DNA from: Neophaeotheca triangularis
Lineage: Eukaryota
Assembly: GCA_054600435.1 (NCBI GenBank)
Contig: BAAIJX010000004.1
Span: forward strand, 744,001 to 808,000
Direction of reading: 5' to 3'
DNA: 64,000 nucleotides
Shown: positions 10,623 to 23,358 of the stretch, in pieces
How the letters are laid out: the number at the start of each line of letters is the position of its first letter
Position numbering within the stretch: position 1 is the stretch's first letter
Translations under genes and position numbers: made by a program
Notes under the pieces: model-generated
Seen by the model: only the letters and a program-made list of their open reading frames with translations
Told to the model about the DNA's origin: nothing
Database searches by the model: none

Positions 10623-12620
10623 TCAGTCGTAAGCTTGATACAGCTGACTGATGCTCTCGCCGTGGTGATTGCGGCGGATTGCTTCGGAGAGGAGACCGCT
10701 CACATCCAGCTCTACCAACTTTCTCACCCCACGTTTCTTTTCCGCGGGGATGGGAAAAGCGTTGGTGACCACGACGCAGTCGATTTCGTCGCAATTCTCC
10801 AGTTCTTGTAGACACTCTCCACCAAAGAGTCCGTGGGTTGCCATGCAGATGACTTTAGTCGCACCGCCCCTCTTGACTACCGTTTCGGCGGCGGCGATCC
10901 AGGAGCCTGCTTTGTCAATCATGTCGTCGACGATGAAGACGGGTTTGTCGCGGACGTTGCCAACGAGGGTGATGGTGTTTTCGACTTCGGGGTCTTTGAG
11001 GGCTTCTTCCTCTTCTTCATCCGAAGCATTGGCATCGCCAGTGCCACCAAGTCCTTGACCGTTATTCCTTGGGGCGCGGGAAGAGGCTGTGGACATGAAA
11101 CTGTTAATCATGTTGTCTGGTAGGTCCTCTTCACTTGAGTGGCGATGACCATTTTGACCATGCATGGATGCCGACATTGCAGAGATAGTGGGAGATGGAG
11201 CATCATCATCAACAATGTGGCCGTGAATCAAGCGGCCGGTCACAACATCGCGTGCTCGCTGGTATCATGTCAGTGCTGTTAGCCGGTAGAAGTTGACTGG
11301 CACTTCGCTTACCTCATCATCGAATTGATCGTTCGAAGGCTCCTCATAACCGTCGTCGTCGTCGACCTTGGGGTTGGGATTGGTAAATCCAACCGCAGTC
11401 TGGATCTTGTGCAGATTTTTGATGCTAGTTGGTCTGCTAGATTCCGAACCCTCATGGGACTCTGGCCGAGACTCTTTTGCTAGCGGACTCGGTTTGGCGT
11501 CGCTTGTCATGCGAGCGCGAGTGCGCGCGTCTATAGAAGTCGTAGCGCGCGATCCTTTTCCGGGCCGTGGGGAAGAGAACTCCCTACGGTCCATGCCCTG
11601 TCGAGGCTCAGTCGTGGAACCCGGTGCAAAGTCATGCTCGATGGGAGCCTGAGAATCAGACTGCTGTTTCGCCTCGGCCTGCAATTTAACGTCGGAATGG
11701 GTCTTAGTCTCTACTTCCATTGCCGGTTCCGGCTCGGCCGTGTAGTACTTGGCATCGGCGTCTTCATCGTCAATCATGCGGTCGTTAGCTCCATCAGTGT
11801 CCAGGCTTTCAAAAACAACACTATTGTACATGCTGCTAGGATAAGTTGGCCGGCGGCGCTCGGTGGTCACGATCCCGAAGCTCAGCTTCAGGGCGTCTGC
11901 GAGAGAAGTGACGCGCTTGGTTCCGCCAGGATTCTTGCTGACAACAACGGCGTCCCACCACTCGTGAATGTTCAAACGGATCCATTTGGCAAGCAGAGGC
12001 TCAGCGACGAGGTTGTCGACCGGGCACTTGAAGAAACCCTGCATCTGGCTGGCGTGCAAGTCGATGGTGATGACGTGGTCCACGCCCGCCACGTTCATGA
12101 GGTTGGCAATCATACGTGCAGTGATGGCGCCGCGGTGTTGCTTCTTCTTGGATTGGCGCGAGTAGGGAAAGTACGGCATGACGGCTGCAGAGCATTTTCA
12201 GCATCTCAGTCCGAACCATGTCAGGCTTACGCAGAGGCGGGCTGACCAGTGATTGAGCGTGCAGAGCCGCCTTTACACGCCGATATCATGATGAGCATTT
12301 CCATGACGTTGTCGTTGACTCTGGGGATAAACCCTGTTAGAGATGGCGTGTATTAGGAGTGCTAGACGACTCACTCGCTGCTGCCGCTTTGCACAATGAA
12401 AACGTCCTGGTCTCTGACCGAGGTTTCTACGTGGTGTTAGCCCAAATGAAACTTCACTCGAGCGAGGCGTAGTACTTGGTCACGTACTCATCTCGACTGA
12501 AGTCTCGCCATTGGCGAACTTCTTGAGCTCGACATCAGCCGGCTTCTGACCCAGGCGGTTGCAGATGGTATCCACAAGCGTAGGGTGGGAGGAGCCCGAG
12601 AAGATGCACGTCTGCCTCAT
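10623..12620 (-). CDS. PRS1: Ribose-phosphate pyrophosphokinase, Prs1-type with a long non-homologous insertion
   Basis: Multi-exon gene. MRQTCIFSGSSHP...KKFANGETSV; YFPYSRQSKKKQHRGAITARMIANL; DLHASQMQGFF; PRPP-binding VDDMID; ATHGLF. A long acidic/Ser-rich insert is present, as in Prs1. Confidence 0.92.
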
Positions 12621-13468
12621 GCTTGCCGACCTCGGGGGGAGCTTTTGAGATGGATATGTTGTTGAAGTCGGAGGGAAGATTAAGTAAGGTAGTGGAGAGG
12701 GGAGAGGGGAGAGTTGACTACCGTTGTAGGCTCGGCGGCTCGGTGGTGAAGGTGCCTCTGTCAGGCATCGCACAAGGCTAACTTGGTAGTGGAAGGGAGA
12801 GGTGCACGTGAGCTAGGAGTGTTTGTCTTCACATCTTTTCGAGAGGAGGGACGGGAGTGAGGTGCAAAAAAGCTCGACCGCCAGCTTCAAAAGGTGGAAC
12901 AAATTCTCGGCTAGCGTCGTCGGCCAAACACGCAACCAGCGAGCCAGGGCACCTACTAGTAGGTGCAGTCCAGTCCCGGGGGTCGCGTGCCTGCCAAGAC
13001 ATGACGAACCAATGCATGGGACGTCCCGCCTAGGTTTGTTCAGCAGCGAGATAACAACGTGAATGAGTAGTGACAAAAGAGACGCAACAATACCTATCGA
13101 CTACCGTAGGTACAAGATAGACGCAAAACTTTCAGGAGCAGATTCATAATCTAAGTAAAAGCATGATGATGTGGTCAAGAGACTTCAAAAACAATAACAT
13201 CCCTTCCAAAGAAGCAACACCGCTCTCTCACCGCTCCCGCTGCAATGTAGCAACTACCTAGCCACCATTTTCCCACCACGTTCCCTCACCGCTGCGCCTG
13301 GCGCCATGCAACTCGCTGGCAAAAGACTGGTATTTCTTCGCACTTCCCGTCTCGATGCCCCGTCCCCTTTTTGGTCGTGGTCTCATTCGTCCACAAGCTT
13401 CCGCTCCCAGTGGCATTGTCGTGGGCTGGGCAAGTCATGTGGAGTCATTCTGGCAGTTCCGAAGTACT

Positions 13469-14423
13469 CTACTGCGCCTTCTTGGGAGCACCACCCTGCT
13501 GACCACCCAAGTAACGATTGATGTCAGTCGCGTCGTGAGCTTGCTGGGAGACACCCTTGGCCTGTTCCCACACGTTGCGGGCAGCCGGTGGCACGTCCTG
13601 CCTGTTGGCGAGAGCGTCACCGCGGGCACCCATCTGGTGGAGCATGCCCTGCACAAAAGTGCTCTGAGAGATGCGAGCGCGGAGGAAGACGGTGTAGACG
13701 ATGATGAGGATCCAGCTACCCTTTTGGAAGAGGAGAGCAGAGCCGAGGAGACGGAACCAGAGTGCTATCTCAAGCCCAGCGACCAGAGACATGCTCGAAT
13801 CGTAGTACTCCTTGATGAAGCGGCCGATGCTGTCGGCAAGGCCACCCTGCGGTTTCGCTGCGTCGGCGCTCTGTTGCTGGAGCATGGGGAGTAGGACACC
13901 GCGGGTGTAGGTAGCGACGTGGAAGACGCTGTAGACGGCGAAAGGCAGAACGGCGAGAGGGATCTGCTTGGAGAAGAGCCAAACAAGGGCCATGGCTGTG
14001 GGAGAAGTTAGATGTTGTATACATGGATGGCGTTTGTTCTGGGGTTTGTTATCCTTACCAAGGTATTGCACGTTCTCGTCGGCCGCCAGCTGGAGCGGGC
14101 TTCCCTGACCCTTTCCACTCTTCGCCCTGGCGCGGTATCCCTTGAACACGACTATGCCATAGGTGACTGCTGCGGCCAAAAACGCGGTACGGTAGGAGAA
14201 CCTGGCCCAGCGGCTGTAAAAGTTGAAGGTGAGGTAGCTCAGGGCGTAACGGAGAGTGCACAGGAGGAGTGTGACATGGCCGCAGAACCATGCGAACTGG
14301 AGAGTCTGTACAGCGTGTCAATGATTGGCACCGTATCTGCATGTGAGGGTTGTAGCCTACCTGCGCGAGCTTGAGCAGTCTAGCCTGGAGGGGCTCGCCC
14401 GGTTGAGCAGGCGGAGGGGCCAT
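13469..14423 (-). CDS. POM33: Transmembrane nucleoporin / ER protein of the POM33/TMEM33 family
   Basis: Three exons. LAQTLQFAWFCGH...YRTAFLAAAVTYGIVVFK, DENVQYL, LPFAVYSVFHVATYTR, FLRAR..QSTF. Confidence 0.88.
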
Positions 14424-15546
14424 TGTTGTTGAGGTGGTGAGTTAGGTAAGGGGGTGGTGTTGATACTGCTTGGAAAGTGTTGAAGGTGGGAAAGGAGGAA
14501 GATAGGGAGGGAGGGGATGTGTGTGCTGTCGCGTGTGTGTTGGTTGGTTGTAAACGTGGTCTAAGTTATAAGGTGGGAAATCCGCGACAAGAGTTGGCTC
14601 GTGGGCACCACCTCACCACCTGCAGGAGGGACCCACCAGTTAGCCATGACGCCATTTGGCCCAACTTGCAGTTTGCAGGCAATGGGCCCGGGTACCCGAC
14701 CCTGACCTAGGCCTGAGGTCTGACCGTCTGAGACACACATACTAAATACAATACACATACTAGTGCCCATATACACCTCATCATCCGACAAACAGACTGC
14801 GATACCGTTTGTACCCGACAGCGATTGCTATGCGTCGGCAGAAACATTCTCAGTGTTCTTCAGCAGGAAACCGATCGAGCTACCTAAGGTACGAAAATGG
14901 CTGAGACACCACGGGCTAGGTAGGCCTGTTGCCTGCTGATATAGGTACAAGATGCTGGCTGGCTCGCTGGACTGTAAGGCCTCAACATACAAGATACAAG
15001 CTTGAAAGATACAGCATGCCATCTCAGACAAGCATCCGTCAACTGGACCCATGCAGATTGCACAGTACGCAGGTGTGGTTCGATCGACTTTGATTGATTG
15101 GGTTTGTCTGGTGCAGTCTATGCTGGAGAGTTTTATGTACCCAGGTAAGTTAGGAGCTAAACAATATATGTCGGCTTCCTTAGAACGCACCGGCACTGTA
15201 GGTGGCGGAGTCATATCTGATACCACAAGTCATGAAGACGTCGGTACGGTAAGTTAAGGTACCTCACTGAGGTAGGCAAGCAAATCTTCAGGTACCTTAT
15301 ATACATTAGGTAGGATGATGAAGTGGTTTCGATTCACACCTTCCTCGTTTGCTTCGCCTGCGTGCCTACCCACAAAAGCTTTGCCGCCCGCCCACATTGT
15401 CATTCTCACTTCGTCAGTTCAGTTATCGCGTTCAAGGTTGCAGAAAGAGCGTGCTAAAGACCAGGTCTTTTCCCAGCCGACGATCACACATTCCATCGAC
15501 GTCGCGAAAGCGATTGTCAAGGTTCTACAACTCAACCCAGCCCAAC

Positions 15547-15756
15547 ATGGCGGCCCAGAGCTACAAGAAGATGGCTCAGAGGTAAGCGTTTTGGCTGCCT
15601 TCCCAGGCGGCATGTTGGACTTCATCACTAACAGTGTCCAGCTTGCAGAAAGACGACATCCTCGCCGATTTTACCCTGGTATGCGGTAATGAGAAGTATC
15701 GAGTCTACCGATACGTCCTCGCATGCCATTCCAAGTACTTCAGGGATATGTTCTAG
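15547..15756 (+). pseudogene. Truncated BTB/POZ-domain gene
   Basis: Exon 15547-15581, intron 15582-15641 (GTAAGC..CTAAC..CAG), then LQKDDILADFTLVCGNEKYRVYRYVLACHSKYFRDMF* with TAG at 15754-15756. This matches the BTB N-terminal pattern DFTLVC..(F/Y).VH..VLA..S.YF..MF. Confidence 0.7.
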
Positions 15757-17581
15757 GGCGACAACAACGTGGGTCATGAGGACCCCCCAAGCATTGTCAG
15801 CCCCACACGACACGAGAACAATGGGCAACCACGCGGACGAGGCGAAAACGGCGTCCCCGTCACATCATTCCAATCTCCCACCTCCAACACAATCCCTCAA
15901 TCCGGCGAGCGAAACAGACAACAGTAATCAAGATTCTCCACAGCGGGGAACAGAGTCGATGCTCTCACTCTCCAAAGCCATCAGGACCGCATCGTTCATC
16001 TAGCAAAGTCTACGGCATGAACGAAGCGGTTTTTCACCATCACTTCTTACTCCGCTCGCTCGCCTTGCATACCGCAATCTGAAGAACGACTTGATCTAGG
16101 TAGCAAGCCCCGGGGCGGAAAGGGCGGCGCTGCTGCTGGAAACTGTAGGCAGGCCTTTGGCAGTCCGCGAGAGCAGGGTCTGTCTGTCTGTCTGATGAAT
16201 AGCCTCGAGATTCACAGCACGGGCTACGACAATGGATGCGGACCTACCTGAGGCGTGTGGCGCTGTTCTCGGGTTGTCCTTGCAATCCATGGATACTGTC
16301 CAGGTGTGTGTAAGGTACCTTAGGTCGTAGACGAGCGAGGCCGAGCATCGCCATCCCTTGGGTAGGTACATAGCTTAGGTGGTAGGTATCTACCTATCCC
16401 ATGTCTGTCCGGGGCCCAGCTCTAGCAGATTTCGCATAGCGTCTCGCGTAATCCCATCGCCGTCTTTCGTACTATGGGACGTATTGATGCAACGTCACTG
16501 GCGTAAGTCCGACGGCCTCTCGCTAATATCAAATTTGTTTTTTAATCCTCTAGTACCTATCCGGCCGGGGCATGGAGTGAGGTGAGCGTTTAGTTCCCTA
16601 CTTCTAGTAAATTAATAAAACCGTACGTCTATGGTCACAATTTTTTACGTACTAGCTACGGCCGTCTAAAGGTCTACACCTAGCGAGTGTACATTCTTTG
16701 CTCCGGGGAAGGCTTAGTAAAGTCTCACGGATCTAGGGTCGGTTTAACTAAACTTCCCCCATCCGCGCGGGCTACAAGCGGTAGATTTGCTACATGGTAT
16801 CACTGTACAACAATCAGCCATTCTCGGGTATGAAGATGTCGGGTACATTAGGAGCGCGTAAAGTTGCGCACGTCGTAACCGCTGTTGCCTTTTTTATTCT
16901 TTCAAGGTGTCACGACCCGCTGTAGGTCGTCATCGGGAAAGCCTGTGCTTGTCTTTAATTAGGGAAATCATGGAGTTGCGCATCTCGGCCTCCAAGGCTC
17001 GTTGTAGACGGGAATGGTACTTGATTGGATTGGCTGGTGTTTCGGTTTGTTAGAAGGCTTGGTGGATTAAGGGGGCTTCTATAGGTAGTATTAGGTACTT
17101 GGGATTCCGTTTTCTTTCGTTGCAATTCTTCTTGGACTGCGTTAGGGGATTGATGGAATTTAGGAATGGTACAGTATAAAGCCGCAATTTGCTGTTGCCT
17201 ATATAAAAGCAGGCTTGACTAGTGCGCATTGCATCACACAGTCGATCCACGCCGTCTAGACCCCGAGAGCCTTCAATCACATATTAATACGAGCGTCGAA
17301 GGATCACTCGCGCAGGTTACTATCTTTCCATTCGTGAATCCCGCATCGCGGCATCCGTCTGAGCCATGCTCTTCTAACGAGTTGAGCCGAGCGAGGTATT
17401 CTGATGCCGCCGCGTTGGCTGTAGGCCAGGCCATCCATATTTCCCTACAAGCAGACTAAAAGTCTATATAAATATCGTCTTGTCCGCACGTTGGAGACAT
17501 CTTTCCTTCAGCATCAGTCAACTACATCCGACCCAGGGCCAACACGCTCGCACGTTCTATCCACCGATACACTCTCCTGCC

Positions 17582-18038
17582 ATGAAGATCTCATCCACTC
17601 TCATTGCCCTTGCCGGCATCGCTTCCCTCAACGCAGACGGCGCAATGGCGAAATGCTTCGGCAGCGGCGACGCCTGGCCGTCAAAGGTCGAGGCTCGATC
17701 ATGGGTGGAGTTCGCTTGCAAAGGCAAAGGAGGCATGTTCACCGGCAACTTTGCGCCGGGCCAGACGAAGAGCATGTGCCCTACATCCAAGTATGGGGGC
17801 AAAAAAGTGGCCTTTCAGGTTCAGAACTTGAACACCAAGACTGGTTTCGACTTGGGCGATGGCGATTGCTACAACCGTCTCAATTCGGAGATTACCAAGT
17901 GCCAGTACGGTGGTGAGACTAATGCTGCTGGCTGGCGTTTCAAGTGAGTTGTGCCTTTTGCCTACCTGCTTTGTCTGTACGCTATGCGTGCCGGTTCTTC
18001 GCTTACGCTTCACCAGGGCCGCTCCGGGAAAGTGCTAG
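17582..18038 (+). CDS. Small secreted cysteine-rich protein (effector-like; resembles glycan-binding Y3-like family)
   Basis: Exons 17582-17943 and 18017-18038. Signal peptide, about 127 aa, 6 Cys; C-terminal pattern DC..RL..EI..C..GG.....W.F.AAPGKC*. Confidence 0.78.
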
Positions 18039-18797
18039 ACGGGTCTGGAACGACGGGCTACCTAGGTTAATTACATCGAGTGTCCCCGGGGAAGACGGCG
18101 CTGCAGACCCATGGAAGAAGCGGGAGAAGGCACAGTGCAAATGAGGCTGGGTTGGTATTTATGAATTTTCAGATGACGGGTTCCGTGAAGGTGTTGTAGC
18201 GCAAATGGTTGTCCCATGGAATATGTCATCTGCCGTATATATAGCCCAAGACTGAAGAGCCTCTTTCCCCTGCTGGAAGATCTAAAACTGTGTCGGGAAG
18301 TTTTCGCCCAGGACTGGCCTGTGGAAGCGAGCTGCCAGTGCGTTTGCTGCTGTCTGACGACGAAGGGCGGTGTCGATATTACGAGAGGATGATCTCGCTA
18401 TGGCTGTTCAGCATTCTCCCCCTGTATAGCGAGTACGAGAAGGAACCAACTGCAGCGCGAAATGCGAAGTCCTTGGGAGCGACTCTGCCCTACCAGGGAT
18501 CCTCCGACCCAACCGCAGACGTGTTGGGCACAGCGCTGCATTGATGGTACCAAACTTACCTGGAGAATGATGGTTCAGTCTTTGTTGTGGAATTATTATC
18601 GAGACGTGGCGGCGTAGGGAATACGTTCTTTGAAGCAGGCGGTCCGGATCCAGATGCCGCCGAACTTCCGCTTTGTTATACAAGTGGGGTGTGTGTCGGG
18701 TGTTCCTAGCTTAGCTTCAAGCGACGAGAAACCTAGCTCACACTGTAAGTACTTCATTACAGCGAAGTCCGTGGCGAAGCCACTCGTGGAACTTCAC

Positions 18798-20299
18798 TCA
18801 AGCGCTCCCCCTCTCCAAAAAGTCAGGCTTCAACCCATCCCGAAAGCCCTTCTCGAAAACCTCCCCCCTCCTCGCAGCAAGCTTCTCCTCTACATCCATC
18901 TCCATAACATAAGCATTCATCTCCTCGATAGTAAGCTTTGCGCTCTCATCCTGCACTTTGTAGACCTTTGCCGTCTTGTTGCTGGAGAAACCGATGCGCT
19001 CGTTGATGTTGTAAGCGGCTTTGGCGGCCGAGGCTTGCACTTTGGAAGCGCGCGGGAGCCGGATGTCGTCGTAAACGGAGAGCGCTTCGCTAATGTCGCC
19101 GCGGAAGTATTGCTTGCTGAAGAGGAGGCCGAGAGCGCCTGCGTCTTCGATGGCCATGCAAGCGCCTTGCGACTGGTGTGGCATCATCTGCGCGGATTAG
19201 TATCGGTGGAGTGACTGCAGACGGGATTGGGTGCGGAACTCACCGGGTGTCCTGCGTCTCCTAATAGAGCGACCATGGATTTGGTTACGTATGGGTAGCG
19301 TTCGCTTGGTCTAATGTCAGCATCTGGTCTGGTGGGCTCGTTCGATGGCAGAGCTTACTGCATCCATAACCGCCAGGGCTGGATTTCCTTCCCAATGCTG
19401 AGGTGGTTGAGTACTTGACGGTCGAGGTTCGGGAACTTGTCCACCAGCTCTGATACTGGCCTCTCTTCCGCTCCCCAGCTTTGGTTGGTGTAGTCGCCCA
19501 TTTCACGCGAGAAGAAGCAGTAGTAAGATAGCAATTCGCCACCATTGCAAGGGGAGAGGACGATCTTGTTCCAGGTGTTGTCTTGTCCTCCCCAGTATTT
19601 AAGTGCACTTTCGATCGAGTAGTCGACGAGACCTTTTTCTCTGGCTTCTGCTGTCGTCACGTTGCAGTGAAGGCAGGCTTGGTCTGAAGGCTTTCTGCTC
19701 GGGGTGATGCCGATGATGCCTCGTACCACTGACCCGATTCCATCTGCGCCTATGATAAGGTCGTGCTTTGCTTCGACGCCGTTGGCGAAGGTGACGATTC
19801 CTTGCTCCATGTCGATGCTTTGACACTGTTCGATGCATCAGTTGACCGTACCTTTGCGCTGACAATGACTTCTGCTGACCTTGTGGTTGACGAGTAGATT
19901 CGCCGGAGTTCCCTCTCCCTCACCCAAGGCAGCGTTTTGCAGCATCTTGTGCATGTACTGGCGGTGGAACATATAGTAGACGTACCCCCACCGCCTTTCG
20001 TAGTCCTCGAGACTATACACGCTCACGGGCTCTCCAGTCTTCCAGTCACGGTTGATAAGCTGCTGGAGCACGACCGGATCTCCCTCGTCGATGTTTACTT
20101 TCCAGTCGTGCAACCAGCGAGTACCGTTTGCTGCGCATGATACAGATGCGCCAACTTCCCCTGCGTAGTCGGATCGTTCATAGACGGTGACGGCATGGCC
20201 GGCGCGCCGGAGCGCAATGGCAGCCGACATGCCTCCAATACCTCCGCCTATGATAGCAACATCAAGAGCCCTCCACTGGCCAGGGATTGTAAGGCCCAT
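18798..20299 (-). CDS. FAD-dependent aromatic monooxygenase (salicylate-hydroxylase-like, group A flavoprotein)
   Basis: Multi-exon. GxGxxG (IIGGGIGG), DG motif (DLIIGADGIGS), GD motif ([24 protein letters not shown]). Confidence 0.9.
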
Positions 20300-20886
20300 G
20301 GTTGTGTGTGTTCGGTAATTGGTCAGCAGTAACACAGCGCGAGCAGATGTCTTAAAATATCCAAAGAGAAAATGATTGTTTGGGAGAAACGGTAAAGACC
20401 TATGTATATGTCGAGCTCTCGTCCTTCAAAGACACGGATGTCGACCTTTTGAACTCTTCGTAGTCTTGCACGCCTTGCTACCTTTATCTGCGGACCCGTT
20501 AGCGGCGACCATGCCACAGCTCGTATCTACCTGAAAGATACGGCCCGCTAGCATTCAAATCATCCCATTCGCGCGTGGTTGAAAGGTCTACTTTGTCACA
20601 TACTTTACCGCAGCTGGATTGTTGATAAGTCGACGTCGGATGTCGCTCGGGTCGAGTCTGCCCGATCCGATCCGTCATCCGTTCTCAGCTAGCTCTTCCG
20701 ACTGCATGCATGGCTCTTCCGAGAACGGGTTGACGTCCCGGGAGGACATTACCGCTGGAGACATGATTGCCATTGATGTCCGCCGCGAGCACGAGGTGGG
20801 CGGCTGATGTCGTCTCGTTCATAAGAAAGGAACATGCCGTCATGCTGGGGTTCAGTATCTTTCCCCCACGATCCGCCTTCTTCTAG

Positions 20887-22044
<1,158 letters not shown>

Positions 22045-22468
22045 CAGAACCGAGGGAAGATAGCCAAAATAGCCTCCATGATTAAATTTCACTGAAAGCG
22101 TGCAATTCCAGTAAAGATATACATCACCAGTTTTGGATACCTTTTAGCGTATTGGTTGCTTTGGACTAGATTCTGAGACGATGAGAACAGGCAAACTACC
22201 CTGGTGGCTCGTGTTGCTTTACTCTAGACATTTATATTAAGGAGCGCTACAACCCCTGACCAGGGAGAGACTCGCCAAAAGCATTTTCCCACCAATTATT
22301 GCCAACGTCAAACTGCCCCGCAGCAAAAAAATCCGCAGCAGGTATCATCAGGTTCTGTGCCTCTACAGTGGCCCCTGCATTGTCGAACATGGCGTATGTC
22401 GTGTTTCCGAGCGCTGGACCTTGACTTACTCTGTGTCTTCATACACTGTGGATAATATATGCACTCAC

Positions 22469-23092
22469 CAGCAGGAGAAGCAAAGTCCAAGGTGCTACCC
22501 TCGAAGAGCACTTTCCCGGTCTCAAGGTCGATCTCTTGGAAGACGCCGTCGGCGATCCAATTTTCACCCTCTTTAGCACCATATGGCGTCAAATCCATGG
22601 CTGTGGGTTGATAGACCTCGACGAGAGCAGTACAGGCATCGCTTTGAACTCGTGAATCGAGATGAGCTTGTGGGCCAATGCCTGAACTTGGGCAATGGGG
22701 CGATAGTGCTGGTTCAGAAGCGTGGGAACGCCGTAGCCATGGCTGTGAAAGGAATCCAGCGAGCCTTGAAATGCCTGTATCGCCGGTCGACCCTGGTACT
22801 CAACAAGCTGTAAATTGGCCACCCATCCTGCCAGATACCCCAAGCTCGACCAGACAAGATCCCCGTCATCGCGGAATATGTAGCCCGCCGCCTGCTCGGG
22901 GCCCGCTCGGACACCGTCGAAACCTGGGTAGGGCCCTACGAAGAGATAACCTGGATTGACCTCAATGGCAGGAATGGTGACATTGAGTCGGGGAGGCGCA
23001 AGATCTGGCCGCGAGCGATACTGGGAGTCGGCACGAACACAGCCAAGAAGCGTTGCTGTTAAAAAGGCGAATGTCGTGAATCGGAAAGGCAT
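22469..23092 (-). pseudogene. Arylsulfotransferase (ASST)-like pseudogene, frameshifted and truncated
   Basis: Signal peptide, then YRSRPDLAPPRLNVT...IFRDDGDLVWS...HEFK. A frameshift near 22640 is followed by TALVEVYQPTAMDLTPYG..WIADGVFQEIDLETGKVLFE in another frame. Similarity ends at a GTGAGT donor (22468); the rest of the gene is missing. Confidence 0.8.
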
Positions 23093-23358
23093 CTTTTGGG
23101 GCGTGAGATAGAGAGCCCGCAGCGTTGGTGAAGCAAGAAGAGTGATAACATTTTCCCAATTCACTAGGAATGATTGCAGTTTTGATCGCAGCACATGTAT
23201 TGTCACATCCCACTCATTACTGGGTTCGATCCCGGATGCGTCTGGTGGAAGCGGATCTTTGACGGATGACTTCCGTGCACGTGACTTTCATCAGATGAAG
23301 ACGATAAGATAGCACTGCTCGTCTGTGAAGCCAGTACGAGCGATGCAACAACATCAAT

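Noticed and set aside
18290..18700. Short ORFs downstream of the secreted-protein gene
   Set aside because: Non-ATG starts and no recognisable domain.
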